Positions 13,303 to 22,990 of a stretch of DNA of 64,000 nt are shown piece after piece. Below the pieces are notes generated by a model. That model saw only the letters and a list, made by a program, of their open reading frames with translations. It did not search any database and was not told where the DNA came from. Each line of letters begins with the position of its first letter. Positions within the stretch are counted from its first letter, which is position 1. A program made the position numbers and the translations under genes. The DNA comes from Minisyncoccia bacterium (GTDB lineage: Bacteria; Patescibacteriota; Minisyncoccia; Phycocordibacterales; UBA9973). The DNA lies in assembly GCA_965656375.1 (NCBI GenBank), contig CBFHKH010000001.1, forward strand, positions 514,845-578,844. The letters run 5' to 3'.

Positions 13303-14013
13303 TTATTGAACTTGGTTATTTATATCAGTACTTTCTGGAACTGTGGTATCGGTTTGTGATGCATCTGTTCTAGGCAGGGATGTTTCTCTCGGTGTCGTCA
13401 CTTCAGGAGTCTTTGGCTTTGCTCCTTCGATAAGAACGTTTTTCTGATAGGAAAGAAGTGCAGGATCGACGATAAACTCAAGATCAAAGCCGACACTGTT
13501 ATCCTTATTCTTTGTCAGGTTAGAAAAAACAATATTTTTAAACGAGCGACCCTTTGCGCTATTGAATGAATCTGCTTGAAGTGCGATAGAACGATAATCC
13601 GCTGAAACACCTGAGACTTTTACTGAGAATCCTTTATCGGTAGTTGCATGTTCGAATTTGGTGTATTGAACCTCAGGTATGGTGAGCTCTCCTAAAAGCG
13701 CAAAAAGCGGAGACAGAACAATGTGACCGTCGAGAATTTGCTTTGATGCCCCTACTCGCTTGTCATAGAGCTCGAGCTCATCGATTGTATCTTTCTCAAA
13801 AGAATCTCGGACCTTGAGCAGTGATGATGAAAGAACTTCTTTTTCTTTGATGAGGTAATTCTTGTAGAGGAATAGTCCACCGGATGCGATACCCATGAGA
13901 ACCATGAGAATAACTGCAATAACAGTAAAGAGACTTGTTGAACGCGGGCGCACTGCAGTCGTCGTGGTGACCGGCTTCTTAGGTATGAATGATGTTTGAA
14001 ATGAATTTTCCAT
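13303..14013 (-). CDS. PilN-like pilus assembly protein
   Basis: 236 aa, single TM (LFTVIAVILMVLMGIASGGLFL), immediately downstream of pilM. Confidence 0.45.
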   Translation of the reverse strand: MENSFQTSFIPKKPVTTTTAVRPRSTSLFTVIAVILMVLMGIASGGLFLYKNYLIKEKEVLSSSLLKVRDSFEKDTIDELELYDKRVGASKQILDGHIVLSPLFALLGELTIPEVQYTKFEHATTDKGFSVKVSGVSADYRSIALQADSFNSAKGRSFKNIVFSNLTKNKDNSVGFDLEFIVDPALLSYQKNVLIEGAKPKTPEVTTPRETSLPRTDASQTDTTVPESTDINNQVQ

Positions 14014-14015
14014 GG

Positions 14016-15182
14016 TTATGAAAGCTGACGTAGTGCAAGGCCCACTGCTACCGCGAATTCAGGACCGCTTGTTGCAAGAACCGGTTCTAGGAATGCCGGT
14101 GCTTCAGTCTTTTCGAACGGATTGCTGTATACAACTTCCATATGAAAGTTTTCGATCGCGCGCTCGAGTAATCCTTTAAGCAAAGATCCGCCTCCAGTCA
14201 TAATGACTTTACTTATGCTCTTATTATACTTCTTCTCATATGCAAGCACAACACTATTTGTGTCAGAAAATATATAATCTGTGGATAGACGGACGATATC
14301 CGCTACTTCAGCGCTCGCACTCGCATCAAGACCAACTGATCGCTTCATCTTTTCTGCTTCAGCAAATGACATTGAGAGGGATTGGGAGATATTTTTAGTA
14401 ATATCTTGAGAACCACGGTTGACGATGTGAAATACGCGCACAACACCAGCCTCGATGATCGAAAGCTTGGTCTTTGATGCGCCAAAATCCATGAGGAGTA
14501 CCGGCGCCAAATCATTGTTGAATGATGAACGGATGTTTGAGAATATTTCCATTTCAAAAGAATCGGAATTGATATTTGTTTTTGTCAGTATCTCTTGGTA
14601 TTTAGAAAGCGTATCATTGTGTATCGCGACAACGAGGACTTCTAGTTTTGGTTCATAGATTGTCTTCGGTTCTCCGTTATTCATATTCCCTTCAAAATTG
14701 TCGATCTCTTGCGGAATAACGAACCAATCAAGAGCAACTTCGGAAATCGGTACCGGAATATATTTGCGAGCTTCAGTTGGTACAATTGTTGCAAGCTTGT
14801 CTTCGGTAACATTTGCAGGGAGTGAGATGGTAAAGATCAAGCTCGATGATGATGGGATCGCGATAACACCACTGAGTGTCGTAATATTTGACTCCTTAAT
14901 GACATCGATGAGCGCACGTGCGATATCATCTGTGCTTAAATTTGTAACAGCACCGACGTCAGTATTGCCATACGGACCAAGAGAAAGAGCGCCGTATGTC
15001 TCGAGTATTGCCTTACCTCCTTTTTTCTTGAGCTGGACTGCTTTTATAGCCGACGAACCAATATCGATCCCAAGTACGCTTTTTGATGAATTCTCAGATG
15101 AGAATATATGAGAGAGATTTGCTAATCCTCCGGATATGATTTTCTTGAGTGATGTATCCATAGACTGTATGTAGTATAGCAT
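14016..15182 (-). CDS. pilM: type IV pilus assembly protein PilM (actin-like ATPase)
   Basis: Actin-fold phosphate-1 motif VLGIDIGSSAIKAVQL and Asp/Gly motifs in ...MDFGASKTKL... Confidence 0.8.
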   Translation of the reverse strand: MLYYIQSMDTSLKKIISGGLANLSHIFSSENSSKSVLGIDIGSSAIKAVQLKKKGGKAILETYGALSLGPYGNTDVGAVTNLSTDDIARALIDVIKESNITTLSGVIAIPSSSSLIFTISLPANVTEDKLATIVPTEARKYIPVPISEVALDWFVIPQEIDNFEGNMNNGEPKTIYEPKLEVLVVAIHNDTLSKYQEILTKTNINSDSFEMEIFSNIRSSFNNDLAPVLLMDFGASKTKLSIIEAGVVRVFHIVNRGSQDITKNISQSLSMSFAEAEKMKRSVGLDASASAEVADIVRLSTDYIFSDTNSVVLAYEKKYNKSISKVIMTGGGSLLKGLLERAIENFHMEVVYSNPFEKTEAPAFLEPVLATSGPEFAVAVGLALRQLS

Positions 15183-15202
15183 AGGTATAGTAAAATAAAG
15201 GA

Positions 15203-15868
15203 GTGGAATCAGGCCTTAAATCACTTATAGATGGGGTGCTCGACCTTCTTTTCCCAGAAAAATGTCTCGGGTGCGGCAAGAAGGGTTCTGCCCTCTGTCC
15301 CCTCTGCATCGCACGCCTCAGGCGAGCCGAAAGAGAAACAAATCCGCATATCATCGCATGTTTTGATTATCGTGACCCTGTAGTAAAGCGTGCGATATGG
15401 AGTCTAAAGTATCATACGCGTCGCCATCTCGGATCTACGCTTGGAGAACTGCTGTACGAATCACTGATCGAAGAGATTGCAGAGATGCGCGAATTTACAA
15501 AAGGAAGTCCGATATGCGTCATTCCTGTCCCGCTCTCACGCACACGAAAGAAAAAGCGTGGATACAACCAAGCAGAAGTTATTGCCCGCGGATTCTGTCG
15601 CTCGGGAGGACAGAACATTTTCGAGCCGAGGAACGACATCATCGTAAAGAAAATCGACACACTCCAGCAAGCGCGAATCACGAATCGTACGATCCGTCTA
15701 CGCAATATCTCTGGTGCATTCCACATAGAGAAACCTAACGATATAAAAGGGCGTACAATCATCATCGTCGATGATGTCACGACGACTGGTGGAACAATGA
15801 ACGAGATCATCAACGTATTAAAAAAATCCGGCGCCAAAAAAGTCGTCGGATTTGCAGTAGCACACTAA
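15203..15868 (+). CDS. comFC: ComF family competence protein (phosphoribosyltransferase domain)
   Basis: N-terminal zinc ribbon CLGCG...CPLC and a C-terminal PRTase motif IIIVDDVTTTGGT. Confidence 0.8.
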   Translation: MESGLKSLIDGVLDLLFPEKCLGCGKKGSALCPLCIARLRRAERETNPHIIACFDYRDPVVKRAIWSLKYHTRRHLGSTLGELLYESLIEEIAEMREFTKGSPICVIPVPLSRTRKKKRGYNQAEVIARGFCRSGGQNIFEPRNDIIVKKIDTLQQARITNRTIRLRNISGAFHIEKPNDIKGRTIIIVDDVTTTGGTMNEIINVLKKSGAKKVVGFAVAH

Positions 15869-15930
15869 GAAATAAAAAAACTTTACCATTTTCATAGTAA
15901 AGTTTAATATATTTCCGTGGCACTTTATAG

Positions 15931-16353
15931 CTATTTATCAATAAATACGTGCCCATTTTCATTGACATAAGTTACAGGTAATTTCAGAGGTGGAATTTTG
16001 ATCATATAACTATCAACTTTTTTTATCCAGCAGGCAAGATGGGAAATAATAGTGCGATAACCAATTTTTATTGGATCTCCTTCAATTGCTCCATCGTTAA
16101 AAAAATAGGTAGTCATAATGAATCTTGGAGTATTGCTCGGTTGTTCACCCAGATCTTCGATTCCAGTTACGATAAGCTTTGTTGTCTTAGGTTCGATATT
16201 ATTATCCTTGGTAACAAACCTCCAGTTAGTTTTATCTGATGGATTGATTGGTTCAACATGGAAATCAAAAATTGTTCCGATTTCCCAGTAATATGTTTTA
16301 TTATCAAGTGGACAATTCAATGTTGTCCAATGAAGTCTGATAAAGTTACTCAT
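15931..16353 (-). CDS. hypothetical protein
   Basis: ORF with no recognisable motifs; probably starts at the internal MSNFIRLHW. Confidence 0.3.
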   Translation of the reverse strand: MSNFIRLHWTTLNCPLDNKTYYWEIGTIFDFHVEPINPSDKTNWRFVTKDNNIEPKTTKLIVTGIEDLGEQPSNTPRFIMTTYFFNDGAIEGDPIKIGYRTIISHLACWIKKVDSYMIKIPPLKLPVTYVNENGHVFIDK

Positions 16354-16440
16354 GATGTGTAAGTTTAGTTTAAAAAAACAGTACACTATCAATCAAAAGT
16401 TGTCAATAGCACATTTCTAACAAGTAAATAAGTGTAAAAT

Positions 16441-17640
16441 TTATTTCCACAAATCCCAGATCATCCCGGCGATATTGCGCGGCTTGCCTTCGAGTGCATA
16501 GTAATGAAGATCAATGAATGGCAATGTGTTACATTCGATGATCCCCCATCGCTGTTCATCCGCGGGTTTGGTCGGATCAGGAATAATACAATCAAAACCG
16601 ACAACAGAAAGGCCGACAACACGTGCGGCATTTTCCAATATCGGGACAAAGCTCGGATGAAGTTCATCTATCATCTCTTTGGTAGTTCCGCCAAAAAGGC
16701 GTCCGTTCCTATGCGTAAGGATGATATGTGTGCCGTGAGGAAGTACGTCATCGATACTGTATCCTGCTCGTGCGATCGTATGATAGAGTTCTTCTCCGTG
16801 TCTGATTGCTTGAACTCGATCGGATCTATGTTCATCTTTCTCGCTGATAAGCTCGAGAATTGTTTTTTTACCATCACCTACGATAGAAGGTGCTTGGCCT
16901 TTATAGAATCCGGCGAGAATTCCTCCGACAAGCGTCGCTCGGCAGACAGATCCATGGAGGTGTTCTTCTACAACGAGATGTGATGCGATCTGGTGAGAGA
17001 TAGAGACGGCTTTTTTAAAATCAGAAAGTGTCTCTATGTTGGTGATCGTATGCCGTCCGCGAGATCCAAGTTCTGGCTTTACGATTATCGGCAGTCTAAA
17101 ACTCGCATACACAGATTCAAGATTAGTGAAATGAAACGGTGAGAGCTTTTTATATTTCGGTACCGGAATATTATGCTCGGAGAGTTCCCTCTTTAAAATA
17201 GTTTTGCTATCCCAGTTTTCTCTGAAATCCAAATATTCGGATTGAATCGGAATACTTTCAAAATAGACGGTCTTGCCATTAAGAGTAGTCCGGTACCAAT
17301 CAAGTGCACGTTTTCCGAGTATGATTTGCTCCATCGGAATGCCACGCTTTCGTGCTTCTTCCCAAATGATCCGGGATCGAAATGAACTCGCGCGCTCAAT
17401 ATCAGAAGAGAACCGTGCAAGACCAAGTGCAACAAATCCTCTAAAAAGGATTCTTGGTATCCATCCAGCAAAATCTTTCAAAAATTGAGGAGCATATTTT
17501 GTCGTTCGTACCATATGCGAATCCACGCTCGAAGAAATCAAATTCTCAAGATATGCAAGTCTATGATTTACCGGTGCATCTCCGCAATATGAGCAGGTGC
17601 CTCCGTGTGTAATTGGTTCACGTGTATCGTTCATATACAA
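16441..17640 (-). CDS. ATP-grasp family ligase (cyanophycin-synthetase / glutathione-synthetase-like)
   Basis: 399 aa containing PIIVKPELGSRGR, an ATP-grasp B-loop, and C-terminal IIECNTLP, an ATP-grasp Mg/ATP motif. Confidence 0.55.
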   Translation of the reverse strand: MYMNDTREPITHGGTCSYCGDAPVNHRLAYLENLISSSVDSHMVRTTKYAPQFLKDFAGWIPRILFRGFVALGLARFSSDIERASSFRSRIIWEEARKRGIPMEQIILGKRALDWYRTTLNGKTVYFESIPIQSEYLDFRENWDSKTILKRELSEHNIPVPKYKKLSPFHFTNLESVYASFRLPIIVKPELGSRGRHTITNIETLSDFKKAVSISHQIASHLVVEEHLHGSVCRATLVGGILAGFYKGQAPSIVGDGKKTILELISEKDEHRSDRVQAIRHGEELYHTIARAGYSIDDVLPHGTHIILTHRNGRLFGGTTKEMIDELHPSFVPILENAARVVGLSVVGFDCIIPDPTKPADEQRWGIIECNTLPFIDLHYYALEGKPRNIAGMIWDLWK

Positions 17641-17647
17641 ACAAAGA

Positions 17648-17684
17648 GACAGCCCTCGATTTCTCTTGACTGTCTCTTTGGGCG
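17648..17684 (-). terminator. rho-independent terminator after the sensor gene
   Basis: AAAGAGACAG-N17-CTGTCTCTTT, a 10-bp perfect stem. Confidence 0.55.
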
Positions 17685-17802
17685 AAATATCACCTCTTAG
17701 TGTTCTCCTCGTGTCATGGTGGTAATAAGATTATAGGGTTGATAAACGACCTATGAATATAGTATAGCACACCCGTATTTCCATGCGAGCTTTCTCATGG
17801 AC

Positions 17803-18855
17803 TTATGTTTGTGAATCACCTATATCTTGAACGGTACATACTACTCTTAGGGGATTGCCTTTTCCATCCCGCTTTATTTTACAAAGGGACATTATCTCAT
17901 GCTCTTTCTGATCAGGACTTTTGATTCCATATTTGAATGTGGCAAACGACGAATCATGTGGCATTTCTTCGAGCTCTTTTTGTATTCGAACAACATCTTC
18001 ATGATTCACGTACCCCATAAGGTCAGTCAAAGAAAGCTTCGACTGTTTGCTCCAGATAAGATCCATAACTACTTTATCGATAAGGACATCATTCGTGGCA
18101 GCGCTCCATGTCAATTGACCGAGACGCGCGATACCTTTCACTTCAAGCAAATGATCTCTTCCTGCTGAAAGATCCTGGTTTACTTTTTCGAGCTCTGTTC
18201 CATATGCGTTTGATCGTTGTATGAGAAAGACGAGAAGTACAATCACTAAAAAGAGAAGTATCGAAATGATGAGAACAGCTTCCCGAGCGATCCGAATACT
18301 TTCGAGTATATTTTTAGCATCTACATCCATACCGACAAGCGCCAGAACTTGTCCCGTATCAGGATCAAGAACCGGATAATACGCAGAAATCCATGTCCCC
18401 CATTCATCAGTATAGGGACCGCTCGTGTATGCAATAGCGCGAGTGTGGTTGTAGATATCAAGCTCAGTCGCATCGTTATATGGCTGACCAGGAGGAGAAT
18501 AATCTTTTGAAGATGGATTCTCAGAATCAACGTAGAAGAATTGACTTCCCCCACGGAGGCCCATCAGGTATACGAATCTGCTATCAGTATTTACAACATG
18601 CACATTTTCTAATGTTCGTTTGAGGTGTTCGTATGAAGTAGTTCCGATATCAGCGTCTGTACCAGTGAGATTCTGTATATCATTCACACTAATCAGTTGT
18701 GCAATCGTTCCCGCACGCAGGAGCAACCCTTCGCGCACGTTCTTGTTGATCTTCGAACCAACATACACCATCCCCCATAGACTAAGACCAATTATCGCAA
18801 AGAGCGCAATACTGCTTGCAATGATTCCATATCTACGATTACTCTTTGTATACAT
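17803..18855 (-). CDS. membrane sensor protein (Cache-like periplasmic domain plus C-terminal PAS-like domain, no output domain)
   Basis: 350 aa; a TM helix, about 150 aa extracytoplasmic, a second TM, then about 110 aa PAS-like; no kinase or GGDEF motifs. Confidence 0.45.
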   Translation of the reverse strand: MYTKSNRRYGIIASSIALFAIIGLSLWGMVYVGSKINKNVREGLLLRAGTIAQLISVNDIQNLTGTDADIGTTSYEHLKRTLENVHVVNTDSRFVYLMGLRGGSQFFYVDSENPSSKDYSPPGQPYNDATELDIYNHTRAIAYTSGPYTDEWGTWISAYYPVLDPDTGQVLALVGMDVDAKNILESIRIAREAVLIISILLFLVIVLLVFLIQRSNAYGTELEKVNQDLSAGRDHLLEVKGIARLGQLTWSAATNDVLIDKVVMDLIWSKQSKLSLTDLMGYVNHEDVVRIQKELEEMPHDSSFATFKYGIKSPDQKEHEIMSLCKIKRDGKGNPLRVVCTVQDIGDSQT

Positions 18856-19018
18856 ATATAGTGTAGTATCTCTTATTTTAAAGTAAAAATCTACAGGCCG
18901 TACATCGTATATGCAGCAACTGTCGTCTCCAAATGTCGAGCAAACAATACAAAGATCCCGATATTGGCAAGAATAAAGAGTGCGATCAAAATCCAGGATT
19001 TTTTAATTTTAGTTTTCA

Positions 19019-19468
19019 TTAGGAAATTCGAGATGGCAGCGGATGTAAATGTGCAGCAATACCAAATGCACATGCGATAAGGGCGAGGTTTTTAATAATG
19101 TATTGTCCTTCTAGTGTTGGGGTCATAAAACCTGACCATGTCTCCTGTGGTAGTAAAAAGAGTGGCATAAATGTCGTGATCATATGGAAAAAAAGTAACG
19201 GAATAACGATACGCTCAAATCCACGAATGAGAAAAAGGACCCCAATGAGCATTTCAAACAATCCAAATAATGTGAGGAAAGTCGCAAATAACATGAAAGG
19301 AATTGTGCTCTCAAAAAGCTCTTGTACTAAGCCGCTTGCAGGTGAAAGTCCGACAATTTTGAGAAATCCAAACCAAAAGAAAATCACAAAAAGCCCGAAT
19401 CGCGCAAGCGGCACTGACACTCTCCTGAAGAAGTGTATCACTTCGACATCAGTTTTATGTATATTCAT
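19019..19468 (-). CDS. DUF417/DoxX-like membrane protein
   Basis: 149 aa with four TM helices; paralogue of 21297..21743 (shared LxxFWFGxLKIxG motif). Confidence 0.5.
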   Translation of the reverse strand: MNIHKTDVEVIHFFRRVSVPLARFGLFVIFFWFGFLKIVGLSPASGLVQELFESTIPFMLFATFLTLFGLFEMLIGVLFLIRGFERIVIPLLFFHMITTFMPLFLLPQETWSGFMTPTLEGQYIIKNLALIACAFGIAAHLHPLPSRIS

Positions 19469-19471
19469 ATG

Positions 19472-19642
19472 CTAGATCCAATTTGCAAGATATGCGACAA
19501 AGAGTAAGAAACCAAGAAGACCCAAGAGTGGCTGAATGCGAGAAAGAATCCCGAGAATGATGATAGCAAGGATCATCTTGAGCACACCAAGGGCAAGGAT
19601 TGATGCCCATACGGTTTGGAAAAATAATTGTAGTAGTATCAT
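19472..19642 (-). CDS. small hydrophobic membrane peptide (56 aa)
   Basis: My own translation reads MILLQLFFQTVWASILALGVLKMILAIIILGILSRIQPLLGLLGFLLFVAYLANWI; preferred over the overlapping Cys/His/Trp-rich listed ORF. Confidence 0.3.
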   Translation of the reverse strand: MILLQLFFQTVWASILALGVLKMILAIIILGILSRIQPLLGLLGFLLFVAYLANWI

Positions 19643-19680
19643 GCGTTAATTGTACAATATGTCTAACTTTAAAGTCAAAA

Positions 19681-20070
19681 CTATCGTGCAATTGATGCGA
19701 GAGGAGAACTCGAGTGAAGTCTATGGTAGTTCACGTATGAGATGACAAGGAGAATACATGCGACAACAGGCAAGATGAGAAGGTTTCCGAAGCCAGCGAC
19801 TACCCAAATACTTATAAATGCGCAAATAAAATCAATAGCAAATCCTGCATATGCCCATTCCTTTACACGAGCTGGAACCTTGGGAATGATAAGCGCGAGA
19901 GAACCGAGAACTTTAAACACAGTAATGATAGTCACGAAATAAACAGGATATCCCAGGCTTGTGATACCTTCTATCGCCATTTGTGAATGCCCGGTAAGTG
20001 CTGGCATCACTCCTTCACCAAGAAAGATAATAGCAGTTGAAACCCAAAACAATATTTTTGCTTTTTTCAT
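19681..20070 (-). CDS. DoxX family membrane protein
   Basis: 129 aa with four TM helices in the DoxX arrangement. Confidence 0.55.
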   Translation of the reverse strand: MKKAKILFWVSTAIIFLGEGVMPALTGHSQMAIEGITSLGYPVYFVTIITVFKVLGSLALIIPKVPARVKEWAYAGFAIDFICAFISIWVVAGFGNLLILPVVACILLVISYVNYHRLHSSSPLASIAR

Positions 20071-20128
20071 ATGCCTCTACTGTATAATTTCCAAACTCGG
20101 TTTGCAAGCACTACCTCTCTAGGAAATG

Positions 20129-20743
20129 TTACTTGAGCGCGTCTTTTAAAACTGCATATACTTTTTGAGCGATCTTCTGATATCCCTCATCATTCGGATG
20201 TATCGGATCACTCATATAGTGTGTATTTGTAAGGAGGCCCGAGAGTACATCTGGAACATAATACACATCCCTCGTATCTCGTATCGTTTCAAATTCTTTC
20301 TTGAATGGATCCGATAGCAATCCTCCTCGAACTCCAAGCAGTATGACGGTGATTCCACGCTCCTTGAGGCGAACAACTATTTCATCTAGATTCTTGAATG
20401 TCTCTTCTATCGGAACTTTTCTCAGAAAATCATTCCCACCAAGGAGAACTATGACAATCTTTGGATCTTTCTCAAATACTTCATCGATCGCTTCGAGTCC
20501 GCCCGTTGTGGTTCTTCCTGGTACGCCCATATTCTCTATCGGCTCTCCTACCATAGTACTGAGAAGAAATGGGAAATCATGTTCTTTGGTTGATCCGACT
20601 CCGGATACCAAACTATCGCCAAATGCGACGATCGTTGTGCCAGTTGTTGACGGCGCTTTGTTTTGAGCTGGCTTTTTAAATATGTAATAGAGCAAAAAAG
20701 CGACACCACATATGATAAGGATTGAAATGATAATTTTATACAT
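20129..20743 (-). CDS. SGNH/GDSL hydrolase
   Basis: N-terminal TM, block I IVAFGDSLVSG, and block V DPIHPND near the C-terminus. Confidence 0.7.
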   Translation of the reverse strand: MYKIIISILIICGVAFLLYYIFKKPAQNKAPSTTGTTIVAFGDSLVSGVGSTKEHDFPFLLSTMVGEPIENMGVPGRTTTGGLEAIDEVFEKDPKIVIVLLGGNDFLRKVPIEETFKNLDEIVVRLKERGITVILLGVRGGLLSDPFKKEFETIRDTRDVYYVPDVLSGLLTNTHYMSDPIHPNDEGYQKIAQKVYAVLKDALK

Positions 20744-21284
20744 TGTGCAATAAAAATTCTCTAACTTGTTCTATCGGTTTTATGAGGAGGTATGCTTTGT
20801 GGTTATCTTCTTCATTCATTTCTGCTCGCGTTACTTCGTACCCTTCGGGAATAAATAGCCTGTCCCAGCCATAGCCATTCTCCCCTCTCGGTTCTGTTGC
20901 GATCTTGCCACCCAGTTTTGATTCAAAAAATTTAAGCGTGCTTCCGTCAAAGTATCCGAATACGCACCGAGCCGTCGCATTTCTATTTTCTTTGATCATG
21001 TTGCAAATCTTTTCGAATGGAACAGTGTCCACAAAAAATTTGATAAACGGTCCAGGCAAGCCATGGAGTTCTTCAAATTCAAGTGACACATCTTCAACGA
21101 GCACTGGCTTTTTGATCAGATCAAATGCCTGTCTAACTTTATGCTCGACGATGGTGTGTAAATCAAGCGACTGTATCTCATCGAGATCTAATTTTTGATA
21201 GTGTATCGAGAGTCCAAGTAACTTTTCGAGGTATTCGGCCTTCTTTTGATTACCAGTGATGAATGTTACGTCGAGTTCTTTCAT
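20736..21284 (-). CDS. rdgB: non-canonical purine NTP pyrophosphatase (Ham1/RdgB family)
   Basis: N-terminal FITGNQKK and overall Ham1 fold motifs; 182 aa. Confidence 0.8.
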   Translation of the reverse strand: MKELDVTFITGNQKKAEYLEKLLGLSIHYQKLDLDEIQSLDLHTIVEHKVRQAFDLIKKPVLVEDVSLEFEELHGLPGPFIKFFVDTVPFEKICNMIKENRNATARCVFGYFDGSTLKFFESKLGGKIATEPRGENGYGWDRLFIPEGYEVTRAEMNEEDNHKAYLLIKPIEQVREFLLHNV

Positions 21285-21296
21285 AGAAGGTTTTTC

Positions 21297-21743
21297 TTAT
21301 ACGAGAGTTTGAACAGTTGCTCGTCTGCGAGATTCGTGGACGAGGACCACGAGTCCGGCAATCGCAAGGGTCATATTTTTAATCACAAATTCACCATCGA
21401 GTGAAAGAATCGGAAACTGAGGGCTGAATACTACATGCCAGCCAAAGATAAATGTCGAAAACGTTCCCACAAGGTGAAAGAGTACGATGCAATGTGTAAA
21501 GAGAAGCGCGCGATTAATGAAAAGCATGAGTCCGATAAACGCTTCGACTACTCCCAAGATCACAAGCCCATGCCCGTGTGCAAGCGCAGGTATAACAGAA
21601 TTATAAATAAGGTCAAAGACAGGGTTATATCCGAGAATTTTTAGTATTCCAAACCACAAGAATATGAGTGCGAGTGTATAGCGAAGAGTAGTAATAAGAA
21701 TATTCTCATATCGAGATGAAAAAATAGTACGTAAGATTTGCAT
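21297..21743 (-). CDS. DUF417/DoxX-like membrane protein (paralogue)
   Basis: The internal start MQILRTIF... gives 149 aa, matching the paralogue at 19019..19468. Confidence 0.5.
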   Translation of the reverse strand: MQILRTIFSSRYENILITTLRYTLALIFLWFGILKILGYNPVFDLIYNSVIPALAHGHGLVILGVVEAFIGLMLFINRALLFTHCIVLFHLVGTFSTFIFGWHVVFSPQFPILSLDGEFVIKNMTLAIAGLVVLVHESRRRATVQTLV

Positions 21744-22005
21744 GCGTGTATTGTAGCAAAAAATCGAGGTCATGAAAATTGTGTTTGACAATCGACTGTA
21801 AAATTGTAATATGAGCTTGAAATCAATATTGATCACCAAAATTAAAGAAATGAAAAAGATCTTCAAGCTAGGATTCCAGCTCAAAACACCGTGGCAAATC
21901 TTGCCAGTTCTTTGGAAAAAGTTCCGGATGTCTTTGTCTCTTATAGTCACCCTTAACTTAAATGATTATCATGCAGGAGGGTTACGGAGATATTTTTTCG
22001 TCACA

Positions 22006-22956
22006 ATGATGAAGAAGCATCTTATAAAAACGAGCTTTTTTTATGTAAAGAACCATATGGTATCTCCAAAATTGTTGAAGGAAGTAAGAAAATTGTATCT
22101 CCAATTCTATGCCTTGCCGGAGGAAGTAAAAAAGAAATACTATTTCCCGGAAGTTGGCGGACAGTACGGTTTTACACCATTTGGCACTGAAAAGGGTGAT
22201 GGTGCAAAATTTGCTGACACGAAAGAATTTTTCCAGGTGGGCGATATGCATCCATTCCCTTTCGTGAAAGAAATTCCTGAACTCCAAGCAAAGACAATAA
22301 AATTGTTTAATGCAATGAGAAATACCTACCAGACATTGCTGGAGCCACTATCTCTCCTTTTAGGAAAGACAGCTAATTATTTGCTAAATAAAGAAGGCAA
22401 TTCTATTCTGCGGATTATCAATTATCCAGCACAGGCAAATCCAAGAAGGCACGAAGAAGGCGATGCGATTGTAGATGGTGGCAATGCTGGCGGTCTGTGT
22501 GCGTACAGGCATAGAGATATAAATTTCCTAACATTGATTCCTATACCTCAAAAAGGTCTTGAGTTAGAATTTAAAGGGAAATATGTAAAAATTCCTGTTA
22601 GACGGGGATGTATTTTAGTGAATGCTGGCCTGATGCTAGAACATATTAGTAACGGTTTGATCAAAGCAGGCCCTCATCAGGTGATTTGCGAAAAGGATCT
22701 CCAGCGCTTATCGATTGTGTTGTTTGGCCATCCTTTGCCACGGGCAATTATTAAAGCACTGGCTAAAATTAATGGTGAGCCAGATTATGAAAAATATCCA
22801 TTTACTATTGCACACGACTTTTTGATGGATGTGCTCATAAAGATTGAATTGCTTAAAGAGGCAATCTCGATTGAAGAAGTAGCAGGTGGAAATATTGAGG
22901 TATGTGAAGACGAGAGAGAAACAGAAGAAGTTTTTGATATAGAAATTTTCGAATAA
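22006..22956 (+). CDS. 2-oxoglutarate/Fe(II)-dependent oxygenase (isopenicillin-N-synthase-like)
   Basis: HxD...H-type iron-binding core (HRDINFLTLI ... GPHQV) and overall 2OG-oxygenase organisation; start moved to MMKKHL to avoid overlap with the divergent gene. Confidence 0.6.
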   Translation: MMKKHLIKTSFFYVKNHMVSPKLLKEVRKLYLQFYALPEEVKKKYYFPEVGGQYGFTPFGTEKGDGAKFADTKEFFQVGDMHPFPFVKEIPELQAKTIKLFNAMRNTYQTLLEPLSLLLGKTANYLLNKEGNSILRIINYPAQANPRRHEEGDAIVDGGNAGGLCAYRHRDINFLTLIPIPQKGLELEFKGKYVKIPVRRGCILVNAGLMLEHISNGLIKAGPHQVICEKDLQRLSIVLFGHPLPRAIIKALAKINGEPDYEKYPFTIAHDFLMDVLIKIELLKEAISIEEVAGGNIEVCEDERETEEVFDIEIFE

Positions 22957-22990
22957 TTAAAAGAGTTCGCAATTGCGAACTCTTTTTTAA
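22957..22990. terminator. bidirectional terminator between convergent genes
   Basis: AAGAGTTCGCAATTGCGAACTCTT palindrome flanked by T- and A-runs. Confidence 0.6.

Noticed and set aside
19455-19691. 78-aa listed ORF (MHDSFDFKVRHIV...)
   Set aside because: It is Cys/His/Trp-rich with no hydrophobic segments; the overlapping frame encodes a coherent 56-aa membrane peptide and is preferred, though still weakly supported.
21811-22005. Upstream 65-aa extension of the 2OG-oxygenase ORF
   Set aside because: It overlaps the divergent DUF417 gene and is hydrophobic and low-complexity; start moved to MMKKHL at 22006.
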